Below, in pieces: positions 41,333 to 59,584 of a stretch of 64,000 bases of DNA (the stretch's first letter is position 1; the number at the start of each line of letters is the position of its first letter). The DNA is taken from the NCBI GenBank assembly GCA_964016885.1, contig OZ024741.1, positions 93,000,001 to 93,064,000 on the forward strand, in the 5' to 3' direction. The notes beneath the pieces were generated by a model. It saw only the letters and a program-made list of their open reading frames with translations, was not told where the DNA came from and ran no database searches. The translations under genes were made by a program, and so were the position numbers. This DNA is from Eledone cirrhosa. Its lineage: Eukaryota.

Positions 41333-44300
41333 ATCATCATCATCATCATCATCATCATTTTACGTCCGCTTTTCCTGCTTGCAAGGGTGGGACGGGTCTT
41401 ATTCAGCACAGCATCTCTCCACTCGTCACGGTCCCTCGTCATCTCCACCGTGAGCTTCAATGATCTGAGGTCTGTTCTCACCACCTCCGCCCATGTTTTT
41501 CGTGGTCTACCTCTACTACGTCTTCCTTCAACTGGCATTTCCTGGCACTTCTTCACCCATCGGTCATCCTCCATGCGCATCACATGTCCATACCACCTCA
41601 GTCTCCTCTCCCGTACACTACATTCTATCCCTCTCAGACACAGTTTCTCTCTCAACACATTTATGCTGGGTCGTTCACGCACATTTACACTGCACATCCA
41701 ACGGAGCATGCTTGCCTCATTTCTCTCCAGCCGTCGCATATCTTCTGCGGTAGCTGCCCATGTCTCACTACCATGCAGCATCGCGCTCCTCACACAGGCA
41801 TCATACAACCGGCCTTTCGTACGCAGGGAGAAACCCTTCTTCGTCAACAGAGGAAGCAGCTCCTAAACTTCTTCCAACCCGTCCTTATTCTAGATACTAT
41901 GGCCTCGGAACACCCTCCTCCCATGCTAATCTGATCTCCTAGGTACCGGAAGTTATCCACCACTTCTATAGCGCCCTCTCGCATTTGAAAAATGTGTCTA
42001 TCAGTGCGACTTCTACTGTCTAATTTCCCTGTACATCTACTGCATACATATTTCTCCCTACCTGTTAGTTTGCCTGCTATCCCGCTACATCTCTTGTGTA
42101 CCCAGGACCTACATTGTGTGCATTTTATAGAATTTATGCCAGTTCCTTTTCTGCATATCGAACATGGCCATTTCCCTGACGGAATCAGGGTTTTGTCCTC
42201 TTTTCTACTCATCAACACTTTTGTCTTAGCTAGATTTACTCTCAGTCCTCTTGCTTCCAACTGCTGTTTCCATAGCCGGAATTTATTCTCTAGCTCCTCT
42301 ACTGATTCTGCCATAAGAGCCAGATCGTCAGCATAGAGAAGTTCCCATGGACAGCCAGTCTTAAACTCCTCTGTTATGGCTTGGAGAACTATAATGAACA
42401 AGAGCGGGCTGAGGACCGAACCTGATGTACTCCTACTTGTATCTGGAATTCCTCACTAAACTCCATTCCTACCCTGACTTTACTGAGAGTACCTCTGTAC
42501 AAAGTTTGCACTGTCCTTACAAGCCATTCCTCAACACCCAGCTTCCTTAGGGACCACCAGATGACAGATCGGGGTACCCTATCAAAGGCCTTCTCTAGGT
42601 CAACAAAGGCCAAGTATAGTGGCTTATTCTTCTCTAAGAACCTCTCTTGCATTTGTCTCACCAAGAAGAGGGCATCTGTTGTACTCTTCCCAGGCACAAA
42701 ACCAAACTGCATCTCATCTAGTTTGACCCTTTCTCTAATTAGTTGTGCTAAAATCCTTTCTGCCACTTTCATAACCTGATCTATCAGTTTTATACCCCTA
42801 TAATTGCTCCTCTCCAAAGCATCCCCTTTACCTTTGTAGCAATTTATGAGAATACTGCTGCACCAGTCTTTGGGTATGACACCACCATATATAGCCTGAT
42901 TGATTATGCGTGCAACCAGTTTAGTGCCTACGTCCCCTGATGCCTTCAGCATCTCAGCAACTATTCCCGATGGTCCGCCGCCTTACCATTTTTCATTTCC
43001 CTAATCGCCTCTTGGACCCTATATTCGTCAATCTCAATAGCTGGTCCCTCTGTCGGATCTACCAAGGGTAATTTCTCTCTCTCCCATTCGTTCTCCACAT
43101 TCATCAGTCTCTCATAATGGCATTTCCAGGCCTCCTTTTTCTGGTCATTCGTGACACTAAGTACACCGGCATCATCCCGGACACATTTATCACCAACAAC
43201 ATCCTGATTTGCATTGACACACTGCCTTGCAATGTGGAACACCGCACGCCTCTGATCTTCCCGTCGCAGAACATTGGCAAACCTCCTACTCTCTGCCTCC
43301 CTGCGTGCTAAGTACACCTGACGTCTAGCTTCTCTCTTAGTGGCTGTATATTCTTCCCTACTCCCACCCTTATTCCAAGCCTTCCATGCTAGTCTTTTGT
43401 CTCTAATAGCCTTATCTACACTGCTGTTCCACCACCAGGTCACTCTCTGTCTGGTTGGGGCTCTGCTCCAGCCACAAGTTTCATCAGTAGCCTTCAGCAA
43501 GTTGTCACGTAAGAACTTCCAGTTATTATCTATGTCATACGTCTCTAAATCGTCTTCTTTTTCGTCATATACATCTTGAAGGGCTTTCCTAAATTTGAAT
43601 TTTAGTGAAAGGTCTTTTAGCTTCCAGACCTTTCTTCTCCACACCTTCCTATATGGCTCATTCCATCTCTTGCTTACTGAGATATCACTAACAACTAACC
43701 TATGCTGTGGGGTACATTCTTCCCCAGGGTATGCCTTGGTATTAGACACTATCTGCCTGTCCCGCTGCCTAACTAGCAGGAAGTCAATCTGGCTTATGTG
43801 CTCACCAGATTTGTAGGTTATTAGGTGATTGGCAGGTTTCTGGAAGTTTGTGTTGCAAATAGTCAATGTACTTGCATCACAAAATTCAAGAAGTCTCACT
43901 CCTTCTTCATTTCTTGAACCGTAACCATGCCCACCATGTACCCCAGTGTAACCATCCTGGAGCTGTCCAACATGACCATTGAAGTCTCCTGCTAGCATAA
44001 CGATGTCTCCGTCCTCTGTCATTGTGGTTGTTTGCAAAAGTTGCTCATAAAAGCAGTCTTTCTCATCTTTGCCTAGGCCTGCTTGGGGAGCATAGACCGA
44101 GATGATTGTCAGTAGTCTCCTACCTACAACTAATCTAAGCTTAATTATTCGATTACTAACTCGAACTACCTCTATTGTCTTATTGATCCATTTCTCAGCC
44201 AGGAAAATGCCTACTCCCCCTAACCCATCATCCTTACCTACCCAGAATAGCTTATAGCTAAGACGCTTGCCTACGACTAGTCTCGCAGAGGCACCTCTCC

Positions 44301-44623
44301 ATCTCACCTCTTGCACGCAGCACACATCCACCTGCCTTCTCTCCAGCATCTCCGCTATTTCAGCAGATCTACCTCTGAGAGTGCCAACATTAAGTGTTGC
44401 AACTCTGAGATGCGACGTCTTCATATTTTTTTCTATGCTGTTTTGTTGCTGTGCTGATAAGCTTTTTGGCATTGATACACTGGTTGGATGCCCTTCCTAA
44501 CACCAGCGCCACTTTACAGCATGGACTGGGTGCTTTTATTTGTGCCACCAGCACTAGAGAGGATGTCTTACTAGACTCAAGGGCCCTCTCTACCCTCCAT
44601 TTTACAGCATGGTCATTTAAAAG

Positions 44624-44662
<39 letters not shown>

Positions 44663-44846
44663 TATTGACACGACTCACACACTAATACTCATGCATACAA
44701 ACCACAACCACACATACCAACACTCATTCATGCATACAATCACACACACAACTCACAAACACATATATATATATACATATATTACCGACAGTTCTGATAC
44801 AAAATCAAAATCAAAGTCAAAATCGTCAAAATCACTATCATGTCAA
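41333..44846 (-). mobile_element. RTE family C, long copy with single-base frameshifts, running into the assembly gap
   Basis: APE (42961-44472), RT (41844-42952) and C-terminus (41358-41847) lie in different frames; (ATG)n tail. Confidence 0.92.
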
Positions 44847-45046
44847 NNNNNNNNNNNNNNNNNNNNNNNNNNNNNNNNNNNNNNNNNNNNNNNNNNNNNN
44901 NNNNNNNNNNNNNNNNNNNNNNNNNNNNNNNNNNNNNNNNNNNNNNNNNNNNNNNNNNNNNNNNNNNNNNNNNNNNNNNNNNNNNNNNNNNNNNNNNNNN
45001 NNNNNNNNNNNNNNNNNNNNNNNNNNNNNNNNNNNNNNNNNNNNNN
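44847..45046. other. assembly gap (200 N)
   Basis: Run of N. Confidence 1.
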
Positions 45047-47195
<2,149 letters not shown>

Positions 47196-50100
47196 ATCAT
47201 CATCATCATCATCATCATCATTTTACGTCCGCTTTTCCCTGCTTGCAAGGGTGGGACGGGTCTTATTCAGCACAGCATCTCTCCACTCGTCACGGTCCCT
47301 CGTCATCTCCACCGTGAGCTTCAATGATCTGAGTCTGTTCTCACCACCTCCGCCCATGTTTTTCGTGGTCTACCTCTACTACGTCTTCCCTTCAACTGGC
47401 ATTTCCTGGCACTTCTTCACCCATCGGTCATCCTCCATGCGCATCACATGTCCATACCACCTCAGTCTCCTCTCCCGTACACTACATTCTATCCCTCTCA
47501 GACACAGTTTCTCTCTCAACACATTTATGCTGGGTCGTTCACGCACATTTACACTGCACATCCAACGGAGCATGCTTGCCTCATTTCTCTCCAGCCGTCG
47601 CATATCTTCTGCGGTAGCTGCCCATGTCTCACTACCATGCAGCATCGCGCTCCTCACACAGGCATCATACAACCGGCCTTTCGTACGCAGGGAGAAACCC
47701 TTCTTCGTCAACAGAGGAAGCAGCTCCCTAAACTTCTTCCAACCCGTCCTTATTCTAGATACTATGGCCTCGGAACACCCTCCTCCCATGCTAATCTGAT
47801 CTCCTAGGTACGGAAGTTATCCACCACTTCTATAGCGCCCTCTCGCATTTGAAAAATGTGTCTATCAGTGCGACTTCTACTGTCTAATTTCCTGTACATC
47901 TACTGCATACATATTTCTCCCTACCTGTTAGTTTGCCTGCTATCCCGCTACATCTCTTGTGTACCCAGGACCTACATTGTGTGCATTTTATAGAATTTAT
48001 GCCAGTTCCTTTTCTGCATATCGAACATGGCCATTTCCCTGACGGAATCAGGGTTTTGTCCTCTTTTTCTACTCATCAACACTTTTGTCTTAGCTAGATT
48101 TACTCTCAGTCCTCTTGCTTCCAACTGCTGTTTCCATAGCCGGAATTTATTCTCTAGCTCCTCTACTGATTCTGCCATAAGAGCCAGATCGTCAGCATAG
48201 AGAAGTTCCCATGGACAGCCAGTCTTAAACTCCTCTGTTATGGCTTGGAGAACTATAATGAACAAGAGCGGGCTGAGGACCGAACCTGATGTACTCCTAC
48301 TTGTATCTGGAATTCCTCACTAAACTCCATTCCTACCCTGACTTACTGAGAGTACCTCTGTACAAAGTTTGCACTGTCCTTACAAGCCATTCCTCAACAC
48401 CCAGCTTCCTTAGGGACCACCAGATGACAGATCGGGGTACCCTATCAAGGCCTTCTCTAGGTCAACAAAGGCCAAGTATAGTGGCTTATTCTTCTCTAAG
48501 AACCTCTCTTGCATTTGTCTCACAAGAAGAGGGCATCTGTTGTACTCTTCCCAGGCACAAAACCAAACTGCATCTCATCTAGTTTGACCCTTTCTCTAAT
48601 TAGTTGTGCTAAAATCCTTTCTGCCACTTTCATAACCTGATCTATCAGTTTTATACCCCTATAATTGCTCCTCTCCAAAGCATCCCCTTTACCTTTGTAG
48701 CAATTTATGAGAATACTGCTGCACCAGTCTTTGGGTATGACACCACCATATATAGCCTGATTGATTATGCGTGCAACCAGTTTAGTGCCTACGTCCCCTG
48801 ATGCCTTCAGCATCTCAGCAACTTTCCCGATGGTCCGGCCGCCTTACCATTTTTCATTTCCTAATCGCCTCTTGGACCCTATATTCGTCAATCTCAATAG
48901 CTGGTCCCTCTGTCGGATCTACCAAGGGTAATTTCTCTCTCTCCCATTCGTTCTCCACATTCATCAGTCTCTCATAATGGCATTTCCAGGCCTCCTTTTT
49001 CTGGTCATTCGTGACACTAAGTACACCGGCATCATACCGGACACATTTATCACCAACAACATCCTGATTTGCATTGACACACTGCCTTGCAATGTGGAAC
49101 ACCGCACGCCTCTGATCTTCCGTCGCAGAACATTGGCAAACCTCCTACTCTCTGCCTCCCTGCGTGCTAAGTACACCTGACGTCTAGCTTCTCTCTTAGT
49201 GGCTGTATATTCTTCCCTACTCCCACCCTTATTCCAAGCCTTCCATGCTAGTCTTTTGTCTCTAATAGCCTTATCTACACTGCTGTTCCACCACCAGGTC
49301 ACTCTCTGTCTGGTTGGGGCTCTGCTCCAGCCACAAGTTTCATCAGTAGCCTTCAGCAAGTTGTCACGTAAGAACTTCCAGTTATTATCTATGTCATACG
49401 TCTCTAAATCGTCTTCTTTTTCGTCATATACATCTTGAAGGGCTTTCCTAAATTTGAATTTTAGTGAAAGGTCTTTTAGCTTCCAGACCTTTCTTCTCCA
49501 CACCTTCTATATGGCTCATTCATCTCTTGCTTACTGAGATATCACTAACAACTAACCTATGCTGTGGGGTACATTCTTCCCCAGGGTATGCCTTGGTATT
49601 AGACACTATCTGCCTGTCCCGCTGCCTAACTAGCAGGAAGTCAATCTGGCTTATGTGCTCACCAGATTTGTAGGTTATTAGGTGATTGGCAGGTTTCTGG
49701 AAGTTTGTGTTGCAAATAGTCAATGTACTTGCATCACAAAATTCAAGAAGTCTCACTCCTTCTTCATTTCTTGAACCGTAACCATGCCACCATGTACCCC
49801 AGTGTAACCATCCTGGAGCTGTCCAACATGACCATTGAAGTCTCCTGCTAGCATAACGATGTCTCCGTCCTCTGTCATTGTGGTTGTTTGCAAAAGTTGC
49901 TCATAAAAGCAGTCTTTCTCATCTTTGCCTAGGCCTGCTTGGGGAGCATAGACCGAGATGATTGTCAGTAGTCTCCTACCTACAACTAATCTAAGCTTAA
50001 TTATTCGATTACTAACTCGAACTACCTCTATTGTCTTATTGATCCATTTCTCAGCCAGGAAAATGCCTACTCCCCCTAACCCATCATCCTTACCTACCCA

Positions 50101-50476
50101 GAATAGCTTATAGCTAAGACGCTTGCCTACGACTAGTCTCGCAGAGGCACCTCTCCATCTCACCTCTTGCACGCAGCACACATCCACCTGCCTTCTCTCC
50201 AGCATCTCCGCTATTTCAGCAGATCTACCTCTGAGAGTGCCAACATTAAGTGTTGCAACTCTGAGATGCGACGTCTTCATATTTTTTTCTATGCTGTTTT
50301 GTTGCTGTGCTGATAAGCTTTTTGCATTGATACACTGGTTGGATGCCCTTCCTAACACCAGCGCCACTTTACAGCATGGACGGGTGCTTTTATTTGTGCC
50401 ACCAGCACTAGAGAGGATGTCTACTAGACTCAAGGCCCTCTCTACCCCTCCATTTTACAGCATGGTCATTTAAAAG

Positions 50477-50515
<39 letters not shown>

Positions 50516-50700
50516 TATTGACACGACTCACACACTAATACTCATGCATACAAACCACAACCACACATACCAACACTCATTCATGCATACAATCACACAC
50601 ACAACTCACAAACACATATATATATATACATATATTACCGACAGTTCTGATACAAAATCAAAATCAAAGTCAAAATCGTCAAAATCACTATCATGTCAAC
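47196..50700 (-). mobile_element. RTE family C copy with many 1-bp deletions; probable duplicate assembly of 41333-44846
   Basis: Colinear with 41333-44846, shares its private variants, and the ORF is fragmented by homopolymer-type indels. Confidence 0.88.
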
Positions 50701-51374
50701 TGTTGACCTTTCCCAGTCCAGTTCGGCTTGTATATAATAACAATAACAATAATAATTGTTTGTTTACTGGTAATGGCGGTGGTGGATGGTGTCAGTGTGG
50801 TGGTGGTGGATGGTATCAGCGTGGTGGTGGTGGATGGTCAGTGATGGTGGTGACAGTTGTTGGTGCTGTAGTTGTTACTGTTGTTGTTGTCCTTCATTTC
50901 ACTGCTGCTGTTGCTGCAGACAATGGTGTTGATGCTGTTATTGCTGTCGCATATATACAAATACATACACACACATTCAACACAGACGATGGTGTTGTTG
51001 CTGTTGTTGTTGTTGTTGGTGTTGCTGCTGTTGTTGTTGTAGTTGTTGCTGTGTTGAAATCTGGTCGCATCACAGAGATATACACATATACACACACATA
51101 CACATATGTATATACACATACATACATCAAAAGATAGTCAGCAGTATGTCAACAGGGGACAGGACAGCGACCTTAGAGTAATGTGGTGATGGTGGGGAGC
51201 GAGTGTAGGCGTTATTGTTATTGTGGTGACGGGGGGTCAGTGAGATGTTACAAGTTCATAGATCACTTCTCTCTTTTCCTCTCTCTTCAAAATTTTGAAT
51301 TTATGGCCTTTTGCAATGGCGGCCAAGTATATATAATATATATGAAGCAAAGAAAAGAAAATTTTCACTGATAT

Positions 51375-51681
51375 GAAAGATTTCCTGGTAGAAGTTCAGG
51401 TGTATTCAGTGATTGGTATCCAGTTTCGGGGTATCCAATTAGAAAATCCAACGAATCTTTAAGAGGGGTCCACGCAACCATTGATATATATATCTATATA
51501 TGTAAAATGCAAGCAGAAATGACAACGAAAGATTTCCTGGTAGAAGTTCAGGTGTATTCAGTGTTGGTATCCAGTGTTGGGGTATCCAATTAGAAAATCC
51601 AACGAATTTGAGAGGGGTCCACGCAAGCATATATATAGATATATATATGTATATATGCAAAATGCAAGCAGAAATAACAAC
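51375..51681. repeat. 152-bp tandem duplication (2 copies)
   Basis: GAAAGATTTCCTGGTAGAAGTTCAGG at 51375 and 51527. Confidence 0.88.
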
Positions 51682-51899
51682 ACATATACTAATGAACATA
51701 CATTAAACACAGAGGGACTGTAAATGATGATAGCAATATCTAGATATAAATATATAAATGTACATATCTCTATTGGTCTCATAAATTTTTTAAATTTTCT
51801 CTTTCCTCTTGTGTGTGTGTAGCAACACGTGGTTGTGTGTTGCTGCTGACTCTAGCAGAGCCCAAGAAAACACGTCTTACCCTAACAGCTGCTGCTCCC

Positions 51900-53472
<1,573 letters not shown>

Positions 53473-53516
53473 TACGATATTAAACAAATGGAAACTACAT
53501 TTATAAAACCATATAT

Positions 53517-53580
53517 ATTTCATTATATATATTTCAGGGATATCATATTAAAAATATGGTATGCCCTCTTCAGACAAAAT
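53517..53580 (-). ncRNA. minimal type I hammerhead ribozyme, family H4
   Basis: ATTTTGT-CTGAAGA-GGGCATACCATATT..AATATGATATCCCT-GAAA-TATATA-TA-ATGAAAT; palindromic stem III. Confidence 0.75.
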
Positions 53581-54115
53581 ACAATATATAAACAGTCTTA
53601 TAAATAAATTTGACATACCTTAAAACTTTACAACTTCCATTTAAAAAGTTGTTATGGTAGTGAAAATGTTAAGGACAGTTAGAAAGACGAAGAGAAAGAA
53701 AGTGTATAGTGCTAAGGACAGTTAGAGAGGAAGGTGAAGAAATGTATGTAAAGAAAAAACAACAGAGTAAAGAAAAAACAACAGAGCGAGATAGAGAGAG
53801 AGAGATATGGGAGAGAGAAATATTGAGGAGGTGAAAAATGAATAACGTACAAATGAGAGATTTAGGAGGGAAGGGGGTACTGTAATTATTTATTTATTTA
53901 GTTATAGTGTTAAGGATACGGAGAAAAATAAAAATAAATAAAGAGAGGTAGAAAGAGATATAGGTGGTGGGAGAAAAGAGGTAGATCGAGTAATATCTAT
54001 TATACGAGGTGGGAGAGATGGGGGAGGGGTGAGATACAGGAGGTAGAGTTAAAACAGCCGATACATAAGTCCCGTCAAGTGTAGAGGGAGGAGGAGAAGA
54101 GATATTCAGAAATAA

Positions 54116-55313
54116 AGATGGACTAGGGCAGATAGAGATAACAATTTCGACATTACTATGGGATCATCTGACTCAGCTCAGGTAACGGACCTTGTGGGCC
54201 TATTTATAATTAATTCGCTGCATAGGAAAATACCTGGTGTTACCGGAGGATTATATCGAGATGACATGCTTTTACTTATTGAAAATAATAACTCTGAACT
54301 AAATAGAAAAAGAAAACAAATTATACAATTTTTTAATTACCTTTATCTAAAAATAGAAATTGAGAATAACCATAGAATAGTCAATTTCCTAGATGTAACA
54401 TTAAATCTCAACACATGTCTTCACTATCCATTTCACAAGTTAAATGAAAACTTGAATTATGTCAATTTTAACTCCAACCACCCCAGATCTGTTAAAAATA
54501 CTATAGTGAACTCTGTTCAAAAACGTTTCTCTAGAATCTATTCTAATAAAAATATTTTCGACCAAAAAGCCCAGTATTACAATGAAGCGTTAGCTAGAGC
54601 AGGATATAGTGATAAAATTATGTACATCGATAATAATAGACAAACTAACCAAACTATTTTTTAATGCTCTTGACAAACGCTTCCTTAGAACACATAAGTA
54701 TAACTCAATTTTCAATAGACATACTATAAAATTAACCTACTCGTCCACCAAAAATTTAGCACAAAATATTAATAGAATAAATAATAGGAATCTAAAACCT
54801 AGCCAAAATACCGATAATAGCCTAAACAATATTCAAGTAAACAACTGTAACTGTAGAGATAGATCTAAATGCCCGTTAAATAACAATTGCTTAGTTAAAA
54901 ATATAATATACAACTGTAATGTTAAAAATGACTTAAATTCTTTTAATTATGTTGGTTCCACCTCAACAGAATTTAAACTTCGCTATAATAATCACAAGAA
55001 TTCTTTCACGGATCCAAACAAAAAATCTTCAACATCACTATCAGGCTTACTCTGGCAACTTAAACATAACGTTGGATATTCGATGGTTTGGAATATAGTC
55101 TCAAGAGGGATTCCGTTTAATTCCTCTTCTGAGACATGTGACCTCTGCGCGGAGGAGATATTCTTTATACTAAAATCTAAAAATTCCCTTAATTTACGGA
55201 CCAATTTATTCAGTTGCTGCAGACATAGATTGAACTCAACTTTTAAATATAAATATAAATTTAAAATGTATATTTACTCAAGATTTTTAATTATGTATGA
55301 AACTTGGCGATAA
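54116..55313 (+). pseudogene. 5'-truncated, frameshifted PLE RT + GIY-YIG endonuclease
   Basis: FDITMGSSDSAQ, GGLYRDD, VNFLDVTL, SNHP; second frame CNCRDRSKCPLNNNC, IIY..YVG, CDLC, CRH. Confidence 0.88.
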
Positions 55314-56666
55314 TTCTTTCGATTGCTTCAATTTTTTAAACCTTCTTCATGAGTATATAATTAATGATGTAATTAAACTACCTTAAAATGGTGATGCTCC
55401 CAATCTATTGAATAAAATTTTTAAGCTAGATAAACTTCTATAATAAATATAAGAGCATCTGTAGAACAACCGGGTATCCTAAAGTTTTTTTTGAATGTTT
55501 TCTGATTGCTTCTAATGAACTTGGCAATATATTGTCAAATAAATTGGAAGGGTTGATTTCTTTGATTGATATGCGGGGCACACTGTGTTTTCTTACGGCC
55601 CTAGATACTCTGGGGAGTGAAATATTCTTGGCATCTGTTCTATTCTACGCTTGAACGATAATCATGTAAGAGAGGGCAAGAATATTATTATTAATAATGT
55701 ATATTTTATGTATATATATATGTATGTACATATATGTATGATAGAATCTTTTGTAACGCAATGAAGATTTTCATGTGAAATTAAAAATTTACAGAGCTGA
55801 TCACGTAAACTCACATGTGTGTCTATAATGTCAACTTGAATTTGAGATAACCTCTTTTTCTTTTTCTTTTTTCTTTTTTCTTTTTTCTTTTTTCTTTTTT
55901 CATGAAAATACATATATACTTATGTATTTCAGTATTTTTTTGAAGTTTTATCTCAGATTTTGATTATAAACCTAAGAATTTTTAAACTAAACATATAGTC
56001 ATTATTTTTTTCACACATTATTGATATGTGTCTCATTCATGAATATTGATATTTACATTATAATACCTAGTTAATAAGACTTGATAGACTGATGAAACAT
56101 AATATTTTAAAACTATCATCTTAATTTCTGAATATATCTCTTCTCCTCCCTCTACACTTGACGGGACTTATGTATCGGCTGTTTTAACTCTACCTCCTGT
56201 ATCTCACCCCTCCCCTATCTCTCCCACCTCGTATAATAGATATTACTCGATCTACCTCTTTTCTCCTACCACCTATATCTCTTTCTACCTCTCTTTATTT
56301 ATTTTTATTTTTATTTCTCTCCGTATCCTTAACACTATAACTAAATAAATAAATAAATAATTACAGTACCCCCTTCCCTCCTAAATCTCTCATTTGTACG
56401 TTATTCATTTTTCACCTCCTCAATATTTCTCTCTCCCATATCTCTCTCTCTCTATCTCGCTCTGTTGTTTTTTCTTTACATACATTTCTTCATTTTCTTC
56501 ACCTTCCTCTCTAACTGTCCTTAGCACTATACACTTTCTTTCTCTTTTTTTTCTCTTCGTCTTTCTAACTGTCCTTAACATTTTCACTACCATAACAACT
56601 TTTTAAATGGAAGTTGTAAAGTTTTAAGGTATGTCAAATTTATTTATAAGACTGTTTATATATTGT

Positions 56667-56730
56667 ATTTTGTCTGAAGAGGGCATACCATATTTTTAAT
56701 ATGATATCCCTGATATATATATAATGAAAT
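56667..56730 (+). ncRNA. hammerhead family H4 copy with GAAA->GATA core mutation
   Basis: Mirror of 53517-53580; reads CCCTGATATATAT instead of CCCTGAAATATAT. Confidence 0.6.
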
Positions 56731-56913
56731 AAATATGGTTTTATAAATGTAGTTTCCATTTGTTTAATATCGTAAAATACTCCAAAATCTGTTGAGTGCT
56801 TTTATATCAGTTATAAAATATTTACTCGTTCTAACCCAACAATTTTAAATAAAACTTTTGCATATATATTATATATATATATTATATATATATAATATAT
56901 ATATATAATATAT

Positions 56914-57010
56914 ATGCAAAAGTTTTATTTAAAATTGTTGGGTTACAACGAGTAAATATTTTATAACTGATATAAAAGCACTCAACAGGTTTTGGAGTAT
57001 TTTACGATAT
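56914..57010 (-). mobile_element. tail-only stub of the second Naiad-like family
   Basis: Reverse complement of 56767-56863 with two substitutions. Confidence 0.8.
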
Positions 57011-57325
57011 ATAATATATTATATATATATATTATATATAAATAATATATATATATATATTATATATATAATATATATATATATAATATATATATATAAT
57101 ATATATATATATTATATATATAATATATATATAATATATATTATATATATATATAATATATATATATATTATATATATATATTATATATACATGTAAAGT
57201 TATATTTAAAATTGTTGGGTTACAACTAGTAAATATTTATAACTGATATAAAAGCACTCGACAAATACTTGGAGTATATTTACAATATTAAATAAATGGA
57301 AAACTATATTTATAAAACCATATTT

Positions 57326-57388
57326 ATTTCATTATATATATTTCGGGATATCATATTAACAATATGCTATGCCTTCATCAGACAAAAT
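57326..57388 (-). ncRNA. minimal type I hammerhead ribozyme, family H4 variant
   Basis: ATTTTGT-CTGATGA-stem II-GAAA-TATATA-TA-ATGAAAT. Confidence 0.72.
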
Positions 57389-57478
57389 ACAAAATACTGC
57401 TAGAGTGAACCTCTTCAATGAAGTTGATGTTTATTACGGTATGTCGAATATATTTATCTATAAAACTGTTTATATTGT

Positions 57479-57542
57479 ATTTTGTCTGATGAAGGCATAG
57501 CATATTGTTAATATGATATCCCCGAAATATATATAATGAAAT
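57479..57542 (+). ncRNA. minimal type I hammerhead ribozyme, family H4 variant
   Basis: CTGATGA at 57486-57492, GAAA at 57524-57527, stem I ATTTTGT/ATGAAAT. Confidence 0.72.
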
Positions 57543-57587
57543 AAATATGGTTTTATAAATATAGTTTTCCATTTATTTAATATTGTA

Positions 57588-57618
57588 TATATTATATATA
57601 TATATTATATATATTATT

Positions 57619-57698
<80 letters not shown>

Positions 57699-57755
57699 TA
57701 TATATTATATATATATTATATATATATAATTATATATATATATAATATATATATA

Positions 57756-57838
<83 letters not shown>

Positions 57839-57949
57839 ATTATATATATATATATATTATTTATATATATTATATATGTAATATATATATTATATATATA
57901 TATATAATATATATATATATTATATATATATTATATATATATAATATAT

Positions 57950-57991
<42 letters not shown>

Positions 57992-58095
57992 ATTATATAT
58001 ATATATATATAATATATATATATATAATATATATATATATATATTATATATATATATTATATATATATATATATTATTTATATATATTATATATG

Positions 58096-58176
<81 letters not shown>

Positions 58177-58231
58177 TATATATTATATGTATATATTATA
58201 TATATAATATATATATATATTATTTATATAT

Positions 58232-58266
<35 letters not shown>

Positions 58267-58268
58267 AT

Positions 58269-58302
<34 letters not shown>

Positions 58303-58334
58303 ATATATATATATAATATATATATTATATATAT

Positions 58335-58365
<31 letters not shown>

Positions 58366-58406
58366 TTATATATATTATATATATATATTTATATATATTA
58401 TATATT

Positions 58407-58448
<42 letters not shown>

Positions 58449-58938
58449 AATATATATATATATATAATATATAATATATATATATATAATATATATATAA
58501 TAAATATATATTATATATATATATAATATATATATATTATATATATATAATATATATATATTATATATATATTATATATATATAATATATATATATATTA
58601 TATATATAATATATATATATTATATATATATATTATATATATATATTATATATATATAATATATATATATAATATATATATATAATATATATATATTATA
58701 TATATATATATTATATATATATATATTATATATATAATATATATATATATTATATATACTATATATATTATATATATATATATATATATATTACATATAT
58801 ATATTTATATATATATATAATATATATAGTATATATATATATATACATATATTATATATATATATTTTATATATATAATATATATATATATTATATATAT
58901 ATTTATATATATTATATATATATATTTTATATATATAA

Positions 58939-58983
<45 letters not shown>

Positions 58984-59356
58984 TATATATTATATATATA
59001 TATATAATATATATATATAATATATATATATAATATATATATATAATATATATATATAATATATATATTATATATATATATATATATTATATATATAATA
59101 TATATATATTATATATATATATTATATATATATATTATATATATATAATATATATATATAATATATATATATTATATATATATAATATATATATATTATA
59201 TATATATTATATATATATAATATATATATATATTATATATATAATATATATATTATAATATATATATTATATATATATATTATATATATATAATATATAT
59301 ATATAATATATATATAATATATATATATTATATATATATATATTATATATATATAT

Positions 59357-59398
<42 letters not shown>

Positions 59399-59584
59399 TA
59401 TATTATATATATATATTATATATATATATTATATATATATAATATATATATATAATATATATATATAATATATATATATTATATATATATATATTATATA
59501 TATAATATATATATATATTATATATATAATATATATATATATGTATATATTAATTATATATATATATATATATATAATATATAT
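57588..59584. repeat. ~2 kb interrupted (TA)n array
   Basis: Direct reading. Confidence 0.97.

Larger units (their letters stand above)
53473..56862 (+). mobile_element. second Naiad-like Penelope element with inverted 3' duplication (53473-54120 vs 56117-56774)
   Basis: RT/EN reading frames at 54116-55313; ~650 bp inverted arms with a few indels; hammerhead in each arm; TA flanks. Confidence 0.87.
57190..57587 (-). mobile_element. short fold-back PLE terminal fragment related to 56610-56862
   Basis: Inverted arms 57281-57392 and 57475-57587, each with a hammerhead; tail at 57190-57280. Confidence 0.78.

Noticed and set aside
44470-44600. HDV-like ribozyme in the RTE 5' UTR
   Set aside because: The pairings I can see are two serial H-type pseudoknots, and I could not build the nested HDV fold by eye. 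A descriptor search is needed to exclude it.
50544-51137. 197-aa Gly/Val-rich ORF and antisense Thr-rich ORF
   Set aside because: They derive from trinucleotide simple repeats and show no domain evidence.
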